Shown here: positions 35,514 through 45,473 of the stretch, one piece after another
Layout: every line of letters starts with the position of its first letter
Numbering within the stretch: the first letter of the stretch is position 1
Assembly: GCA_964630855.1 (NCBI GenBank)
Contig: CAZVXP010000021.1
Location: 29,038-93,037 of the forward strand
Reading direction: 5' to 3'
Source: an uncultured Thermodesulfobacteriota bacterium
GTDB taxonomy: Bacteria > Desulfobacterota > Thermodesulfobacteria > Thermodesulfobacteriales > Thermodesulfatatoraceae
DNA: 64,000 bases
Notes under the pieces: generated by a model
What the model was told of the DNA's origin: nothing
The model's database searches: none
The model's input: only the letters and a program-made list of their open reading frames with translations
Made by a program: the position numbers and the translations under genes

Positions 35514-36670
35514 TTGAGGTTGGCTATTCGTGCCAAGGCCTCCTTGAGACGGTCCTTGTCAACGGTGAGAGCGATGCGGAAAAATCCCTCTCCTGGATCA
35601 CCGAAGCCGTTGCCCGGGGTAACCACGATACCAGCTTCCTGGAGGAGTTTGGCACAAAAATCCGCAGAAGAATAGCCAGCAGGTACTTTCGCCCAAACAT
35701 AAAAGGTGGCTTTGGGTTTTTCTACCTGAAAGCCCAGTTTTTGGAGACCTTCAACCACCACGTCTCGTCTCTCCTTGAAGATACGGCGAAATTCCTCCAC
35801 ACAACTTTGGTCTCCAGTAAGGGCAGCGATGCCGGCCTCTTGTACGGCTTGAAAGGCACCGGAATCCACGTTGTTTTTGACCTTGGCCAGGCCTGAAATC
35901 AATTCTGGATTGCCTACCGCAAAGGCAATCCGCCAGCCCGTCATGCAATAAGTCTTGGAAAGACTGTGGAATTCAAGGCCTACTTCTTTAGCTCCTTCAG
36001 CTTGTAAAAGGCTTGGAGGACGATAATCGTCGAAATAAAGCTCCGTATAGGCAGCGTCGTGAGCTACGATTAAGCCGTGTTTCCGAGCGAAATCTACCAC
36101 TTGATTGAAAAAGCCCACGTCCGCTATCGCGGCGGTGGGATTGTTAGGATAATTTAGCCAGAGAATCTTGGCTCGTGAAAGGACTTCTGACGGAACAGTC
36201 GAAAGGTCCGGCAAAAATCCATTCTCTTCGAGCAATGGAAGATAATACGTCTCCCCTCCAGCAAATAAGGTTCCGATGTGATAAACCGGATAAGAGGGGG
36301 TGGGAACCAGGACCACTTCTCCCGGGTTAACAAAAGCCAGGGGGAAATGGGCAATGCCTTCTTTGGAGCCAATAAGAGTGACCACCTCCGTATCGGGATC
36401 AAGAGAAATCCCGAAACGTTTTTCAAACCATTGGGCAGCTGCCTCCCGGAAGCTCCTCATTCCTATACTTGAGGGATAATGGTGATTTTCTGGCTTTTTG
36501 ACCGCTTCTATAGCGGCCTGAACGATGTGATCTGGGGTGGGGAGATCCGGATCCCCCACCCCGAGATCGATGACATCAACTCCTCTGGCCTTGGCTTCTG
36601 CCTTGAGACGATCAAGTTCCACAAAGAGATAGGGTGGAAGACGTTTCAAGCGTTCGGAAAAGGTGAACAT
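35507..36670 (-). CDS. class I/II PLP aminotransferase, LL-diaminopimelate aminotransferase-like
   Basis: N-terminal RLPPYLFVELDRLKAEAKARGVDVIDLGVGDPDLPTP, NYPNNPT, and a PLP lysine in FHSLSKTYCMTGWRI. I did not verify the substrate assignment. Confidence 0.8.
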   Translation of the reverse strand: MFTFSERLKRLPPYLFVELDRLKAEAKARGVDVIDLGVGDPDLPTPDHIVQAAIEAVKKPENHHYPSSIGMRSFREAAAQWFEKRFGISLDPDTEVVTLIGSKEGIAHFPLAFVNPGEVVLVPTPSYPVYHIGTLFAGGETYYLPLLEENGFLPDLSTVPSEVLSRAKILWLNYPNNPTAAIADVGFFNQVVDFARKHGLIVAHDAAYTELYFDDYRPPSLLQAEGAKEVGLEFHSLSKTYCMTGWRIAFAVGNPELISGLAKVKNNVDSGAFQAVQEAGIAALTGDQSCVEEFRRIFKERRDVVVEGLQKLGFQVEKPKATFYVWAKVPAGYSSADFCAKLLQEAGIVVTPGNGFGDPGEGFFRIALTVDKDRLKEALARIANLKF

Positions 36671-36681
36671 TTGAGCCCCCT

Positions 36682-37788
36682 TTAACGTTCACGTTTGCCC
36701 TCGATGAACTCGATTACCATCTGTCGAGCGACGTTGTCAGGATATTGTTGTGGAGGGTGTTTCATCGTGTAGGCCGAAATGGAGATCAAAGGCCCGGAAA
36801 CACCTCGATCCATGGCCAGCTTGGCGCAACGAATGGCATCCACCGCCGAGCCAGCAGAGTTGGGGGAGTCTTCTACGCTGAGTTTCAACTCAATGTACAT
36901 TGGTACGCCGCCAAAAAGCTCCCCTTCTAGCCTAATGTAAGCGATCTTGTTGTCTTTGAGCCAGGGAATCCAGTCTGAAGGACCGATATGGATATTGTCT
37001 TCGCCAATGTCATAGGGCAGAAGAGAGGTTACAGCTTCGGTTTTGGAGACTTTTTTGGTCTTCAGCCTTTCACGTGCCAGCATGTTCAGGAAATCGGTGT
37101 TGCCGCCGAAATTGACCTGATAGGAGCGTTTGACTGGCACCCCTCGGTCTACCATGAGCTTGGTCAGCACGCGATGGACAATCGTGGCTCCCACTTGGCT
37201 CTTGATATCGTCTCCTACCGCTGGGATACCCGCTTCTTCAAAACGTTTGCCCCAATCTCCAGACACGATGAAGGTGGGCATGGCATTGACAAAGGCTACT
37301 CCTGCCTTGAGGCAGGCCTCAGCGTAGAAACGAGCAGCTTCTTCCGAACCGACTGGTACGTAGTTGATGAGGACATCGGCTTGGCGCTCTTTAAGCACGG
37401 CTACGACGTCTTCCAGTTCGTCTTCTTTGGCTTCTGAGAGAACGAAAGTCTTCTCTTCGGGATAGTGGGCCATGTGCGGAGCACAGCCGTCGAGGACCTT
37501 ACCCTTACGGACCTCAACGCCCAGTTCGGGGACGTCCCGATAGAAGACCGTCGTGCAATTTGGAAGGGCGAAAATGGCCTGCGAGACATCTTTACCCACC
37601 TTACGGGCGTCGATGTCCCAGGCAGCCACAATCTCCAAATCCCAGGGTTTGTATCCACCAATGTCTGGAAACATCACACCTTGGGTGACGTCCAGACCCT
37701 TTTCGCGATAATAGAAGATGCCTTGAATCAGGGCGCTAGCACAATTTCCTACTCCCGCGATCGCCACCCGAACTTTTTTGCCCGACAT
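36682..37788 (-). CDS. ino1: myo-inositol-1-phosphate synthase (archaeal/bacterial short type)
   Basis: Motifs VRVAIAGVGNCASALIQGI, GDDIKSQVGATI and NFGGNTDF, and the size (368 aa), are typical of the family. GGAGGTGAG lies upstream. Confidence 0.88.
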   Translation of the reverse strand: MSGKKVRVAIAGVGNCASALIQGIFYYREKGLDVTQGVMFPDIGGYKPWDLEIVAAWDIDARKVGKDVSQAIFALPNCTTVFYRDVPELGVEVRKGKVLDGCAPHMAHYPEEKTFVLSEAKEDELEDVVAVLKERQADVLINYVPVGSEEAARFYAEACLKAGVAFVNAMPTFIVSGDWGKRFEEAGIPAVGDDIKSQVGATIVHRVLTKLMVDRGVPVKRSYQVNFGGNTDFLNMLARERLKTKKVSKTEAVTSLLPYDIGEDNIHIGPSDWIPWLKDNKIAYIRLEGELFGGVPMYIELKLSVEDSPNSAGSAVDAIRCAKLAMDRGVSGPLISISAYTMKHPPQQYPDNVARQMVIEFIEGKRER

Positions 37789-37859
37789 GGCTCACCTCCC
37801 TGCTAATTTTGGTGCCAAGGGCTAAATGTAATCACACCCCCGGTGCGATCAAGAAGGCT

Positions 37860-38750
37860 TTAACCGTAGTTTTTGAAAAAATCTATAAAAATTTGTGCTA
37901 TAGGTGAAAGCGTTCGCCTCTCCTGGGTGATGAGATAAAAGTTTCTCTCAATCTTGAGACCTACGATTTCCACTTCGCGGATGAGTCCGCGCTTAAGCTC
38001 TTCTTCCACGGCTTTCTTGGAGATAAAAGCCCCTCCAATTCCCCCTTTAATGGCTTGTTTTACGGCCTCGGTGGAACCAAGCTCCGCCACGATGGGTAAT
38101 TTTTCCGCAGAAATCCCAGCGGCTTTAAGGGCTTTTTTGGCTGTCAGCCAGGTACCAGATCCTTTCTCTCGTACGATAAGCGGAAGGTCTCGCAAGCTTT
38201 CTGGCGAGATAGGGCTTGGCAGTTCCCAATCTCCTGGTACAGCTAGGATGATCTCATCACGAAAATGGGGTTCAAAACGTAATTCTCCCTCGAAAACTTT
38301 GGCCCCCACTACACCCAGTTCCAATTCTCCTTCACAAACTAGACGAGAAATTTCTTTGGTGTCAGCAATTTTGAGGGTTATTTCTACGTCTGGATGGATC
38401 TTTTTGAAGGCCCCCAAGACTTGGGGAAGGATGTATTGTCCGGGGATAGTACTTCCCCCCAAGAGGAGTTTGCCCTTGCCACCAGATTTGAAAAGGGCCA
38501 TCTCTTGCTCGAGGTCGTTGACCAGCCGTACGATCCTTTTGGCGTAACGATACAGAAGAAGGCCGGCTCTGGTGGGGAGTACCTCCCGGGTGTGACGGTC
38601 AAGGAGAGTGATGCCCAGAGCCTCTTCCAGAGCCTTGATGTGTCCGGAGACCGTGGGCTGTGAGAGATGGCAGATCTCTGCTGCCTTGGAAAAACTTCGC
38701 TGTTCCATGACCGCCACGAAGACCTGCAGTTTCTTCAGGTCAAACTGCAC
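37860..38750 (-). CDS. LysR-family transcriptional regulator
   Basis: The wHTH reads LKKLQVFVAVMEQRSFSKAAEICHLSQPTVSGHIKALEE, followed by a LysR substrate-binding fold. I chose the GTG 38750 start. The longer 38819 start would overlap the upstream gene by 80 nt. Confidence 0.85.
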   Translation of the reverse strand: MQFDLKKLQVFVAVMEQRSFSKAAEICHLSQPTVSGHIKALEEALGITLLDRHTREVLPTRAGLLLYRYAKRIVRLVNDLEQEMALFKSGGKGKLLLGGSTIPGQYILPQVLGAFKKIHPDVEITLKIADTKEISRLVCEGELELGVVGAKVFEGELRFEPHFRDEIILAVPGDWELPSPISPESLRDLPLIVREKGSGTWLTAKKALKAAGISAEKLPIVAELGSTEAVKQAIKGGIGGAFISKKAVEEELKRGLIREVEIVGLKIERNFYLITQERRTLSPIAQIFIDFFKNYG

Positions 38751-39108
38751 CCTTCTCCACCTCTCCCAAAACAGCTTCTCTGATACGAGCTGGCAGGAGC
38801 TTGGCTCCCCAAGAGACAATCTTCTTGAGAATAGGGATGATATCTTCGTCTCCAGGCCAGTGGCTCCGTAAAACCTCTTCGTCTACGTGGTTTAAGAGAC
38901 GCAATACCGCCAGGGCCACGAGATAAAGGTCATCTACCAGGCCGAAAAACGGGATTACGTCTGGAATGAAATCAGCCGGATTCAACAGATAAGCTAGGGC
39001 CGCTATTAATATGGCCTTGTCTTCCATGGGAACACGTGAATCTTTGAGGAGTCCTAAAAGGAGTTTCAAAAAATGAGGTAATAAGGAGAGATACTTTTTG
39101 ATGGCCAA
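38740..39108 (-). CDS. DUF1232 (YkvA-like) membrane protein
   Basis: LAYLLNPADFIPDVIPFFGLVDDLYLVALAV is the DUF1232 signature. TTG start 5 nt after GGAGGGGG. Confidence 0.8.
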   Translation of the reverse strand: MAIKKYLSLLPHFLKLLLGLLKDSRVPMEDKAILIAALAYLLNPADFIPDVIPFFGLVDDLYLVALAVLRLLNHVDEEVLRSHWPGDEDIIPILKKIVSWGAKLLPARIREAVLGEVEKGAV

Positions 39109-39189
39109 AGATTCCCCCTCCTTGAGCTGGTTCCAGATTTATTGCTTACACCTATCGTAGCAGGTCAAAAGTGTTATACTCTTAATAAG

Positions 39190-40278
39190 ATGAACCGGCA
39201 AGGAAGGCTGCGAAAAAAGACGAGGGTCATTTACGTGGGCTCTGTCCCGATAGGGGGAGAACATCCAGTAGTTGTGCAATCAATGACCAACACTGATACC
39301 CGGGATGTCAGCTCTACAGTGGCTCAGATCAAACGGCTCGAAGAAGTGGGGTGTGAGATCATCCGTGTAGCGGTCCCGGATGAGGAGGCGGCCCGGGCCA
39401 TCAGTGCCATTAAGAAAGAAATTCGTATCCCTCTCATCGCTGACATTCACTTCGACTGGCGGCTGGCCTTATTGGCCCTTGAGCACGGGGCAGATGGTCT
39501 AAGAATCAATCCAGGGAATATAAAGGGGCTGGACAACGTAAAAAGGGTCATTTTAGCGGCCAAGGAGCGAGATGCAGCGGTGCGCATAGGGGTTAATGCG
39601 GGCTCTCTGGAAAGGGATTTGCGTCGTCGCTACGGAGGAGCTACGCCGGAAGCCTTGGTGGAAAGCGCTTTGCGTCATCTCGATTTTATCGTAGGTGACC
39701 TCGGTTTTGAAAACCTCAAAGTCTCTCTCAAATCTTCTGACGTTTGGACCACCCTAGCGGCTTACCGGCTCTTTGCCGAAAGGAGCGATTTCCCTCTGCA
39801 CTTGGGGGTCACAGAAGCTGGAGGACTTATCGCAGGGACAGTCAAAAGTGCTTTTGCCCTAGGGCTTCTTCTGGCCGAAGGTATTGGTGATACCATCCGG
39901 GTCTCACTCACACGGGATCCCGAAGAAGAGGTTCAGGTAGCTTATGAGATCTTACGGACCGTGGGGCTCCGACAGAGAGGGCCGGAAATCATTTCTTGTC
40001 CTACTTGCGGGCGTTGCGAAATCGATCTCTTTCGGATCGCTGAAGAAGTGGAACGTTTTGCCCGCAAGATCGAGTATCCTCTCAAACTGGCGGTCATGGG
40101 GTGCGTGGTCAACGGTCCGGGAGAGGCGCGGGAAGCCGACGTTGGTTTGGCTGGTGGAAAGGGAGTGGGGCTTATCTTTCGTAAGGGAAAGATCTTGCGA
40201 AAGGTGCCAGAGAAAGAGATTTTGCCCGCTTTTTTCGAAGAAGTGGAACGTCTCTTGCGAGAACTCAAGCCTTCCTGA
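39190..40278 (+). CDS. ispG: 4-hydroxy-3-methylbut-2-en-1-yl diphosphate synthase (flavodoxin)
   Basis: Motifs VGSVPIGGEHPVVVQSMTNTDT, RINPGNI and CPTCGRC, with a third Cys-region GCVVNGPGE. ATG 39190 gives the usual N-terminus. Confidence 0.92.
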   Translation: MNRQGRLRKKTRVIYVGSVPIGGEHPVVVQSMTNTDTRDVSSTVAQIKRLEEVGCEIIRVAVPDEEAARAISAIKKEIRIPLIADIHFDWRLALLALEHGADGLRINPGNIKGLDNVKRVILAAKERDAAVRIGVNAGSLERDLRRRYGGATPEALVESALRHLDFIVGDLGFENLKVSLKSSDVWTTLAAYRLFAERSDFPLHLGVTEAGGLIAGTVKSAFALGLLLAEGIGDTIRVSLTRDPEEEVQVAYEILRTVGLRQRGPEIISCPTCGRCEIDLFRIAEEVERFARKIEYPLKLAVMGCVVNGPGEAREADVGLAGGKGVGLIFRKGKILRKVPEKEILPAFFEEVERLLRELKPS

Positions 40279-41128
40279 GTTTGAGGCCCAGGCGGTAGAG
40301 CTCTTTGGCAGAAAGAGCTGTTTCGCGGGCCAGGAGGCGGCTTGCTTCCTTGAGAGGTATCCCCTGGGCAAGCAGTTGACCAAGCTTCTCTCGAACTTCA
40401 TCCAGAGGGATATCCCTCTTTTGGTGGGGAGCACCTTCAAGTATTAAGCTGATTTCTCCCCGCGGTTCTTCTTGGTGAAAACGTTCTCTGAGCTGGCTCA
40501 GGGTTGTCAGGATGTATTCTTCGTGGACCTTGGTCATCTCTCGGGCTAGAAAGACCCGTCTTTCGCCAAAAGTCTTCAAAAGGTCTTCCAATGTCTCGCG
40601 CAAACGGTGAGGACTTTCGAAAATAACCAAAGGGCGTCTTTCTCCCGCCACTTCGGCCAGAAGTCTTTTCCGTTCTCCTCTTTTGGCCGGGAGGAAACCC
40701 AGGAAGAGGAATCCCTGGTGCAGGTCAAAGCCCGAGACACTAAGGGCCGTGGCCAAGGCCGAAGGTCCCGGAATCGGACGCACGGGAATACCTTCTTCGT
40801 GGGCCAAGGCTACCAGTCTGGCTCCGGGATCGGAAATCCCAGGCGTTCCGGCTTCACTTACCAAGGCAAGTTTTTGTCCTCCTTTAAGACAGGCCAGGAG
40901 CTGCGGAGCCCGCTCGGTTTCGTTGTGTTTGTGGAAAGGTATCAACTTGGGACCTTTGATACCAAAGTGGTTGAGAAGTTTGAGCGTGGTACGGGTGTCT
41001 TCGGAGGCGATAAGATCCACTTCTTTTAAGACTTCTAGGGCCCGGAGGGTAATGTCTTTGAGATGACCAATGGGAGTGGCAACCACGTAAAGCAGGCCAA
41101 CTTCAGGCTTTGGAGCAACGCCAGACAT
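40265..41128 (-). CDS. rsmI: 16S rRNA (cytidine1402-2'-O)-methyltransferase
   Basis: Tetrapyrrole-methylase fold motifs LYVVATPIGHLKDITLRALEVLKEVDLIASEDTR and SEAGTPGISDPG. Confidence 0.9.
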   Translation of the reverse strand: MSGVAPKPEVGLLYVVATPIGHLKDITLRALEVLKEVDLIASEDTRTTLKLLNHFGIKGPKLIPFHKHNETERAPQLLACLKGGQKLALVSEAGTPGISDPGARLVALAHEEGIPVRPIPGPSALATALSVSGFDLHQGFLFLGFLPAKRGERKRLLAEVAGERRPLVIFESPHRLRETLEDLLKTFGERRVFLAREMTKVHEEYILTTLSQLRERFHQEEPRGEISLILEGAPHQKRDIPLDEVREKLGQLLAQGIPLKEASRLLARETALSAKELYRLGLKLRKA

Positions 41129-41693
41129 GGATGATACGCTGAAGGGCCGTAAAATTGGCGAAGAAAGCCAGGGCCGCCAGCACAGGAAGTAACCAGCCTG
41201 TCAATAACCCGATGGTCAGAAGAAGCAATCTTTCAAAGCGCGTGAGGAGGCCAACCTTGCATTCAAAACCCAGGGCTTCGGCTCGAGCGCGGGTGTAACT
41301 GACCATTAAAGAGCCAGCCAGCGCGAGAAAAAGAAGGATCACCGGCCAGAACTGAGATGTTTCCAAAAGATAGTAGAGCAACCCCCCAAAGATGGCGATT
41401 TCGGAATAGCGGTCGAGGGTTGAGTCCAAGAAGGCCCCGAATTTGGTTTGCTGTCCGGAACGGCGGGCCAAAAGGCCATCTACCGCATCCAACGGGCCAA
41501 AAACCACCAAGAGCAGCCCTCCTAGACGAGGATAACCCAGCGCCAGTACTATCCCTACGGCTACGCACCCCAGGAAACCCAGAATGGTGACCGTATTGGG
41601 TGAAACCCGCCATTTGGCCAGGAAATCGGCAATCGGGGCCAAAAATGGCTGACTGAGGGCTCGAACGCGGTCTGTGAGGGTGAAGGTTGACAT
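41103..41693 (-). CDS. CDP-alcohol phosphatidyltransferase family protein
   Basis: DAVDGLLARRSGQQTKFGAFLDSTLDRYSE matches D-G-x2-A-R-x8-G-x3-D-x3-D. The protein is 196 aa and polytopic. Confidence 0.85.
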   Translation of the reverse strand: MSTFTLTDRVRALSQPFLAPIADFLAKWRVSPNTVTILGFLGCVAVGIVLALGYPRLGGLLLVVFGPLDAVDGLLARRSGQQTKFGAFLDSTLDRYSEIAIFGGLLYYLLETSQFWPVILLFLALAGSLMVSYTRARAEALGFECKVGLLTRFERLLLLTIGLLTGWLLPVLAALAFFANFTALQRIIHVWRCSKA

Positions 41694-41751
41694 GCTTCAG
41701 CTCTCCCTGCAGCGAATAATAACCCTTTTATCGCGGAGAAGCCAAGACTTT

Positions 41752-42618
41752 TTAAGAGAGAGCGATGAGGAAGACCCCGGTCAACATGAGGGCGGCTCCA
41801 AAGAGACGGCTGGCCATAGCCTCTTCCCGGAAAAAGAGGCCGCCCATCACGACTCCGAAAAGGACACTTAAACGTTTGACGGCGATCATGTAAGCAGCTG
41901 GGGCCAAACTGATGGCCCACATGTGACAGATAACCATGGCACTCTGGGCCAGTCCGACCAGGAGGACTCCTTTGGGACAGGCACGTACTATTTCTCCAGC
42001 TCGAGCCTTAAAGAAGAAGCGCAAGACCAGTACGGCGAACAGGCCGTGGACAATAAAGTAAAAACAAGCAAAGAAAAATGGGTTGGAATGAGTGACAGCC
42101 AGTTTACCCAACACCGAGGTAATGGCATATAAGAAAGCCACAAGCAACATGAGAAGGGAACCCCTTTCTCGAATGATGGCTCGCAAGGGGGCCAAAAGCC
42201 CTTGTTTCAAGGTGTTAAGATGCAAGGCATAACTGCCACCCACGATGAAGAAAATACCGATTATGCCTTGGAGACTCAGATGTTCACCTAGGATCAAGGC
42301 CCCGGTAACGATCATGAAAGCTGGGGTGAAGGCCAAGAAGGGAACGGTGAGGGAAAGAGGGGAGATTCGTAGGGCCTCCATATAGCATAGTAGGGCTGTG
42401 GTTTCCAAAGGGAGCAAGATGAAGACCGTGCGCCAGAAGATCCAGTCCAGTTGGGGCCAGGGTTGGAGTAGGAGCAAGGGGAAGAGGAAGAAGATTGGCC
42501 CCAAGACCCGGGCCAGGGCCATCCTGGCCGTGCCAAAGGGACGTAGATAGTGTTTGACCAGGGCGTCACCAGCCGCCGTAAAAAAGGCGGTGGCTATCGC
42601 AATTCCAAGCCAGAGCAT
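41752..42618 (-). CDS. EamA/DMT-superfamily transporter
   Basis: 288 aa with 10 predicted TM helices in two EamA-like halves. Confidence 0.75.
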   Translation of the reverse strand: MLWLGIAIATAFFTAAGDALVKHYLRPFGTARMALARVLGPIFFLFPLLLLQPWPQLDWIFWRTVFILLPLETTALLCYMEALRISPLSLTVPFLAFTPAFMIVTGALILGEHLSLQGIIGIFFIVGGSYALHLNTLKQGLLAPLRAIIRERGSLLMLLVAFLYAITSVLGKLAVTHSNPFFFACFYFIVHGLFAVLVLRFFFKARAGEIVRACPKGVLLVGLAQSAMVICHMWAISLAPAAYMIAVKRLSVLFGVVMGGLFFREEAMASRLFGAALMLTGVFLIALS

Positions 42619-42663
42619 GTTTCCATCTAAGAGAGAGCCTGCAGGGCGTCAAGAGGAGGAAAG

Positions 42664-43971
42664 ATGAAGACCAAAGTTTTGACCGCCAAAGTTGTTTTAC
42701 CAGCCTGGGATGAGGAACCCCTGAGAGACGGAGCGGTGGTGGTAGAGAAAGACCAGATTTTAGCGGTGGGGAAGAAAGAGGAAATCCTTGCCCTTTATCC
42801 TGAGGCTGAGGTCCTGGATTTCCCTCACGGTATGCTGCTGCCTGGTCTGGTTAATGCACATACCCACGCCTCCATGACCATCTTTCGAGGATTGGCTGAC
42901 GATCTTCCCCTCATGACCTGGCTTGAAAACTACATTTTTCCCGTGGAAAAGCACCTTCGGCAGGACTGGGTTTACTGGGGGGCGAAACTGGCCATAGCCG
43001 AGATGCTGCGTTCTGGAGTGACGATTTTTGCTGACATGTACCTCTTTGAACCAGAGGTCATCCGGGCCGTGGAAGAAGCGGGAGTGCGTGCCGCTTTAGG
43101 AGAGGGCCTCTTTGATTTTCCCTCTCCGAGTTACGGTCCACTCGAGAAGGGGCTAGCCCTTACAGAAGAACTTTTGCAACAATTTGCCGAACATCCCAGG
43201 ATCAAAATCCTGGTCTGTCCCCACGCCACCTATACTTGTTCCCCCGAGACCCTTCGAAGGGCCAAAGAGATAGCCGATCGGTTTGGGGCTTTGCTACACA
43301 TTCATCTTTCCGAGACCAGGGAAGAGGTCTCTTTGATCAAGGCCCGTTACGGTAAGCGTCCTCCGGCTCATCTGGATTCTCTGGGACTGCTCAATGACCG
43401 GCTTCTGGTGGCACATGCGGTGCAGCTCACAGACGAAGAGATTGAACTCTTCGCCCAAAAAGGGGTACGGGTGGCTCACTGCCCGGAAAGCAATCTCAAG
43501 TTGGCCTCCGGGGTGGCTCCGATAAGCGCCCTCCTTGAGACCGGAACCACGGTGGGGATAGGCACAGACGGGCCTGCCAGCAACAACGATCTGGATCTCC
43601 TGACAGAGATGCGAACCGCTGCTTTCTTGCAGAAGGGTCTTTCCTTTGACCCCACCAAACTGCCGGCCCGTACGGTGTTTCGCCTGGTTACGGAGATGGG
43701 GGCGCAGGCTTTGGACTTCAAGGGCTGCGGGCGCCTGGCTCCGGGATGGGCGGCAGATTTGGTGGTGCTTGATCTCAAGAAACCCCATCTCACCCCCCTT
43801 CACGACCCATTTTCTCTTCTGGTTTACAGCGCCCGGGGAGGAGACGTGAGTCACGTGATGGTAGCTGGAGAGTTTGTCTTATGGGAGGGGCAGGTGGTGC
43901 GCTTTGATGAGGAGGAGGCCCGGCAACAAGTCCAGCGGATTGGAGAAGAAATCCGAGAGATGCTTGCTTAA
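42664..43971 (+). CDS. mtaD: amidohydrolase, 5-methylthioadenosine/S-adenosylhomocysteine deaminase-like
   Basis: Motifs LPGLVNAHTHASMTIFRGLADDLPLMTWL, HLSET, HAV, GTDG and SNN. GGAGGA lies upstream. Confidence 0.85.
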   Translation: MKTKVLTAKVVLPAWDEEPLRDGAVVVEKDQILAVGKKEEILALYPEAEVLDFPHGMLLPGLVNAHTHASMTIFRGLADDLPLMTWLENYIFPVEKHLRQDWVYWGAKLAIAEMLRSGVTIFADMYLFEPEVIRAVEEAGVRAALGEGLFDFPSPSYGPLEKGLALTEELLQQFAEHPRIKILVCPHATYTCSPETLRRAKEIADRFGALLHIHLSETREEVSLIKARYGKRPPAHLDSLGLLNDRLLVAHAVQLTDEEIELFAQKGVRVAHCPESNLKLASGVAPISALLETGTTVGIGTDGPASNNDLDLLTEMRTAAFLQKGLSFDPTKLPARTVFRLVTEMGAQALDFKGCGRLAPGWAADLVVLDLKKPHLTPLHDPFSLLVYSARGGDVSHVMVAGEFVLWEGQVVRFDEEEARQQVQRIGEEIREMLA

Positions 43972-44447
43972 AGCGAGACCCTTTTGACCTCCAGAAGCTC
44001 AAAGACGCGGGTTACCGCCTCTTCAGGAGTCTCGACATAGTGGACACCTTCAATCCCGGGCCAGGTGTGCAACCCCACCACGGGCTTCCACATTTTGAGG
44101 GCCAAAGCGATTTCAGAAAGAGTGCCGTAACCCCCGGAGATGGCAATGGCTGCCTCGGCCGAGCGTACCAGTACTACGTTTCGGGCTTGGCCAAGATCTG
44201 TGACAATCGGAATCTGGACGTAAGGATTGGCGTCTTCGGCGCGGTTTCCCGGGAGGACACCCACGGTGAGTCCTCCGGCCTCTAGTGCCCCTCGGGAAGC
44301 CGCTTCCATCACCCCTCCCAACCCTCCAGTGAGGACAATGGCCTTAGAGGCCAGAAGGCGGCCCACTTCGTAGGCCAACCGATAAATTTCGCCCTCGCAG
44401 ATCCCGGCTCCAAAGACGGCGATGCGACGTTTATTCCGGAAATCCAT
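43968..44447 (-). CDS. TIGR00725-like (LOG/lysine-decarboxylase-like Rossmann) protein
   Basis: Motifs [23 protein letters not shown] and [10 protein letters not shown]. Confidence 0.75.
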   Translation of the reverse strand: MDFRNKRRIAVFGAGICEGEIYRLAYEVGRLLASKAIVLTGGLGGVMEAASRGALEAGGLTVGVLPGNRAEDANPYVQIPIVTDLGQARNVVLVRSAEAAIAISGGYGTLSEIALALKMWKPVVGLHTWPGIEGVHYVETPEEAVTRVFELLEVKRVSL

Positions 44448-45081
44448 GTTCTCCCACCAGTTTGACGAAACGCACGGCTCCTAGGTTTTCTTTAACCAAC
44501 CTGGGTCCCTTTTTGACCACCTTGATGAGATACTGCGACCATTCGTCACCCACAGGCATCACTAAACGTCCACCATCCTTCAACTGTTCGAGCAAGGGTT
44601 CAGGGATCTGTGGACCAGCGGCGGTCACAATGATGGCATCAAAGGGAGCGGCTTCTGGCCAGCCCTTGGTACCATCGCCCACGCGAATGTGGACGTTTCG
44701 ATATCCGAGTTTTTCCAGAAGCCGTTTGGCCCGGTGAGCCAGACTCGGATAGCGTTCAATGGAATAGACTTCATCAGCCAGTTCCGCCAGGATGGCCGTC
44801 TGATAACCAGAACCCGTACCTATTTCCAGGACCTTTTCCGGGCCCTTCAGTTCAAGGGCTTCGGTCATGAGGGCTACGATGTAAGGCTGGGAAATGGTCT
44901 GTCCTTCACCGATGGGCAAAGGATAATCACCATAGGCCTGGTCTCTCAGGGCCTCGTCCACAAAGAGATGGCGCGGGATCTTTCGCATGGCAGCCAGCAC
45001 CCTCGGGTCACGAATACCCCGGGCGGCTATCTGGGTCTGAACCATCCGATCTCTGGCGCGCTGGTAGATATCAGGCTCCAT
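44431..45081 (-). CDS. pcm: protein-L-isoaspartate O-methyltransferase
   Basis: Motifs [19 protein letters not shown] and [13 protein letters not shown]. Confidence 0.92.
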   Translation of the reverse strand: MEPDIYQRARDRMVQTQIAARGIRDPRVLAAMRKIPRHLFVDEALRDQAYGDYPLPIGEGQTISQPYIVALMTEALELKGPEKVLEIGTGSGYQTAILAELADEVYSIERYPSLAHRAKRLLEKLGYRNVHIRVGDGTKGWPEAAPFDAIIVTAAGPQIPEPLLEQLKDGGRLVMPVGDEWSQYLIKVVKKGPRLVKENLGAVRFVKLVGEHGFPE

Positions 45082-45083
45082 GG

Positions 45084-45425
45084 TTACTCCTTTTTACGAC
45101 GCACGAAATAGATACAATCCGAAGCCCGGTCCCCCACAAAACTAATGCGCAAGATCTCTATTTCTTCCTTCCCCAGACTTTTCCCTAACAAAGGGACCTT
45201 CTTCAAAGTGCTCTCATTGACATGATAGTAATACCATTCCTCCCGGTCAGGAGGATGGCGAACAACTCTGTCTGGAGGGCCCAGGAGTTGATAGACTTCT
45301 TGCTTAGTGGAAAGACCTTTTCTTATGAGACAGGCTTCAGAGGCCAGGTTTCTTTCGGGTGCCCCCGAACAATTTAAGAGGCCCAGGGTCAAAAAGACGA
45401 TAAAGAAAAAGTAGAGCCGTTTCAT
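45084..45425 (-). CDS. small lipoprotein, BamE (SmpA/OmlA)-like
   Basis: The start at ATG 45425 gives [19 protein letters not shown] (a lipobox), followed by [16 protein letters not shown], which resembles the BamE motif. The longer track ORF (45536) lacks support. Confidence 0.5.
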   Translation of the reverse strand: MKRLYFFFIVFLTLGLLNCSGAPERNLASEACLIRKGLSTKQEVYQLLGPPDRVVRHPPDREEWYYYHVNESTLKKVPLLGKSLGKEEIEILRISFVGDRASDCIYFVRRKKE

Positions 45426-45473
45426 ACGGCCCTGATTATAAACAATCTTTGATCCTTCTGGCCAGGAGGAAAA

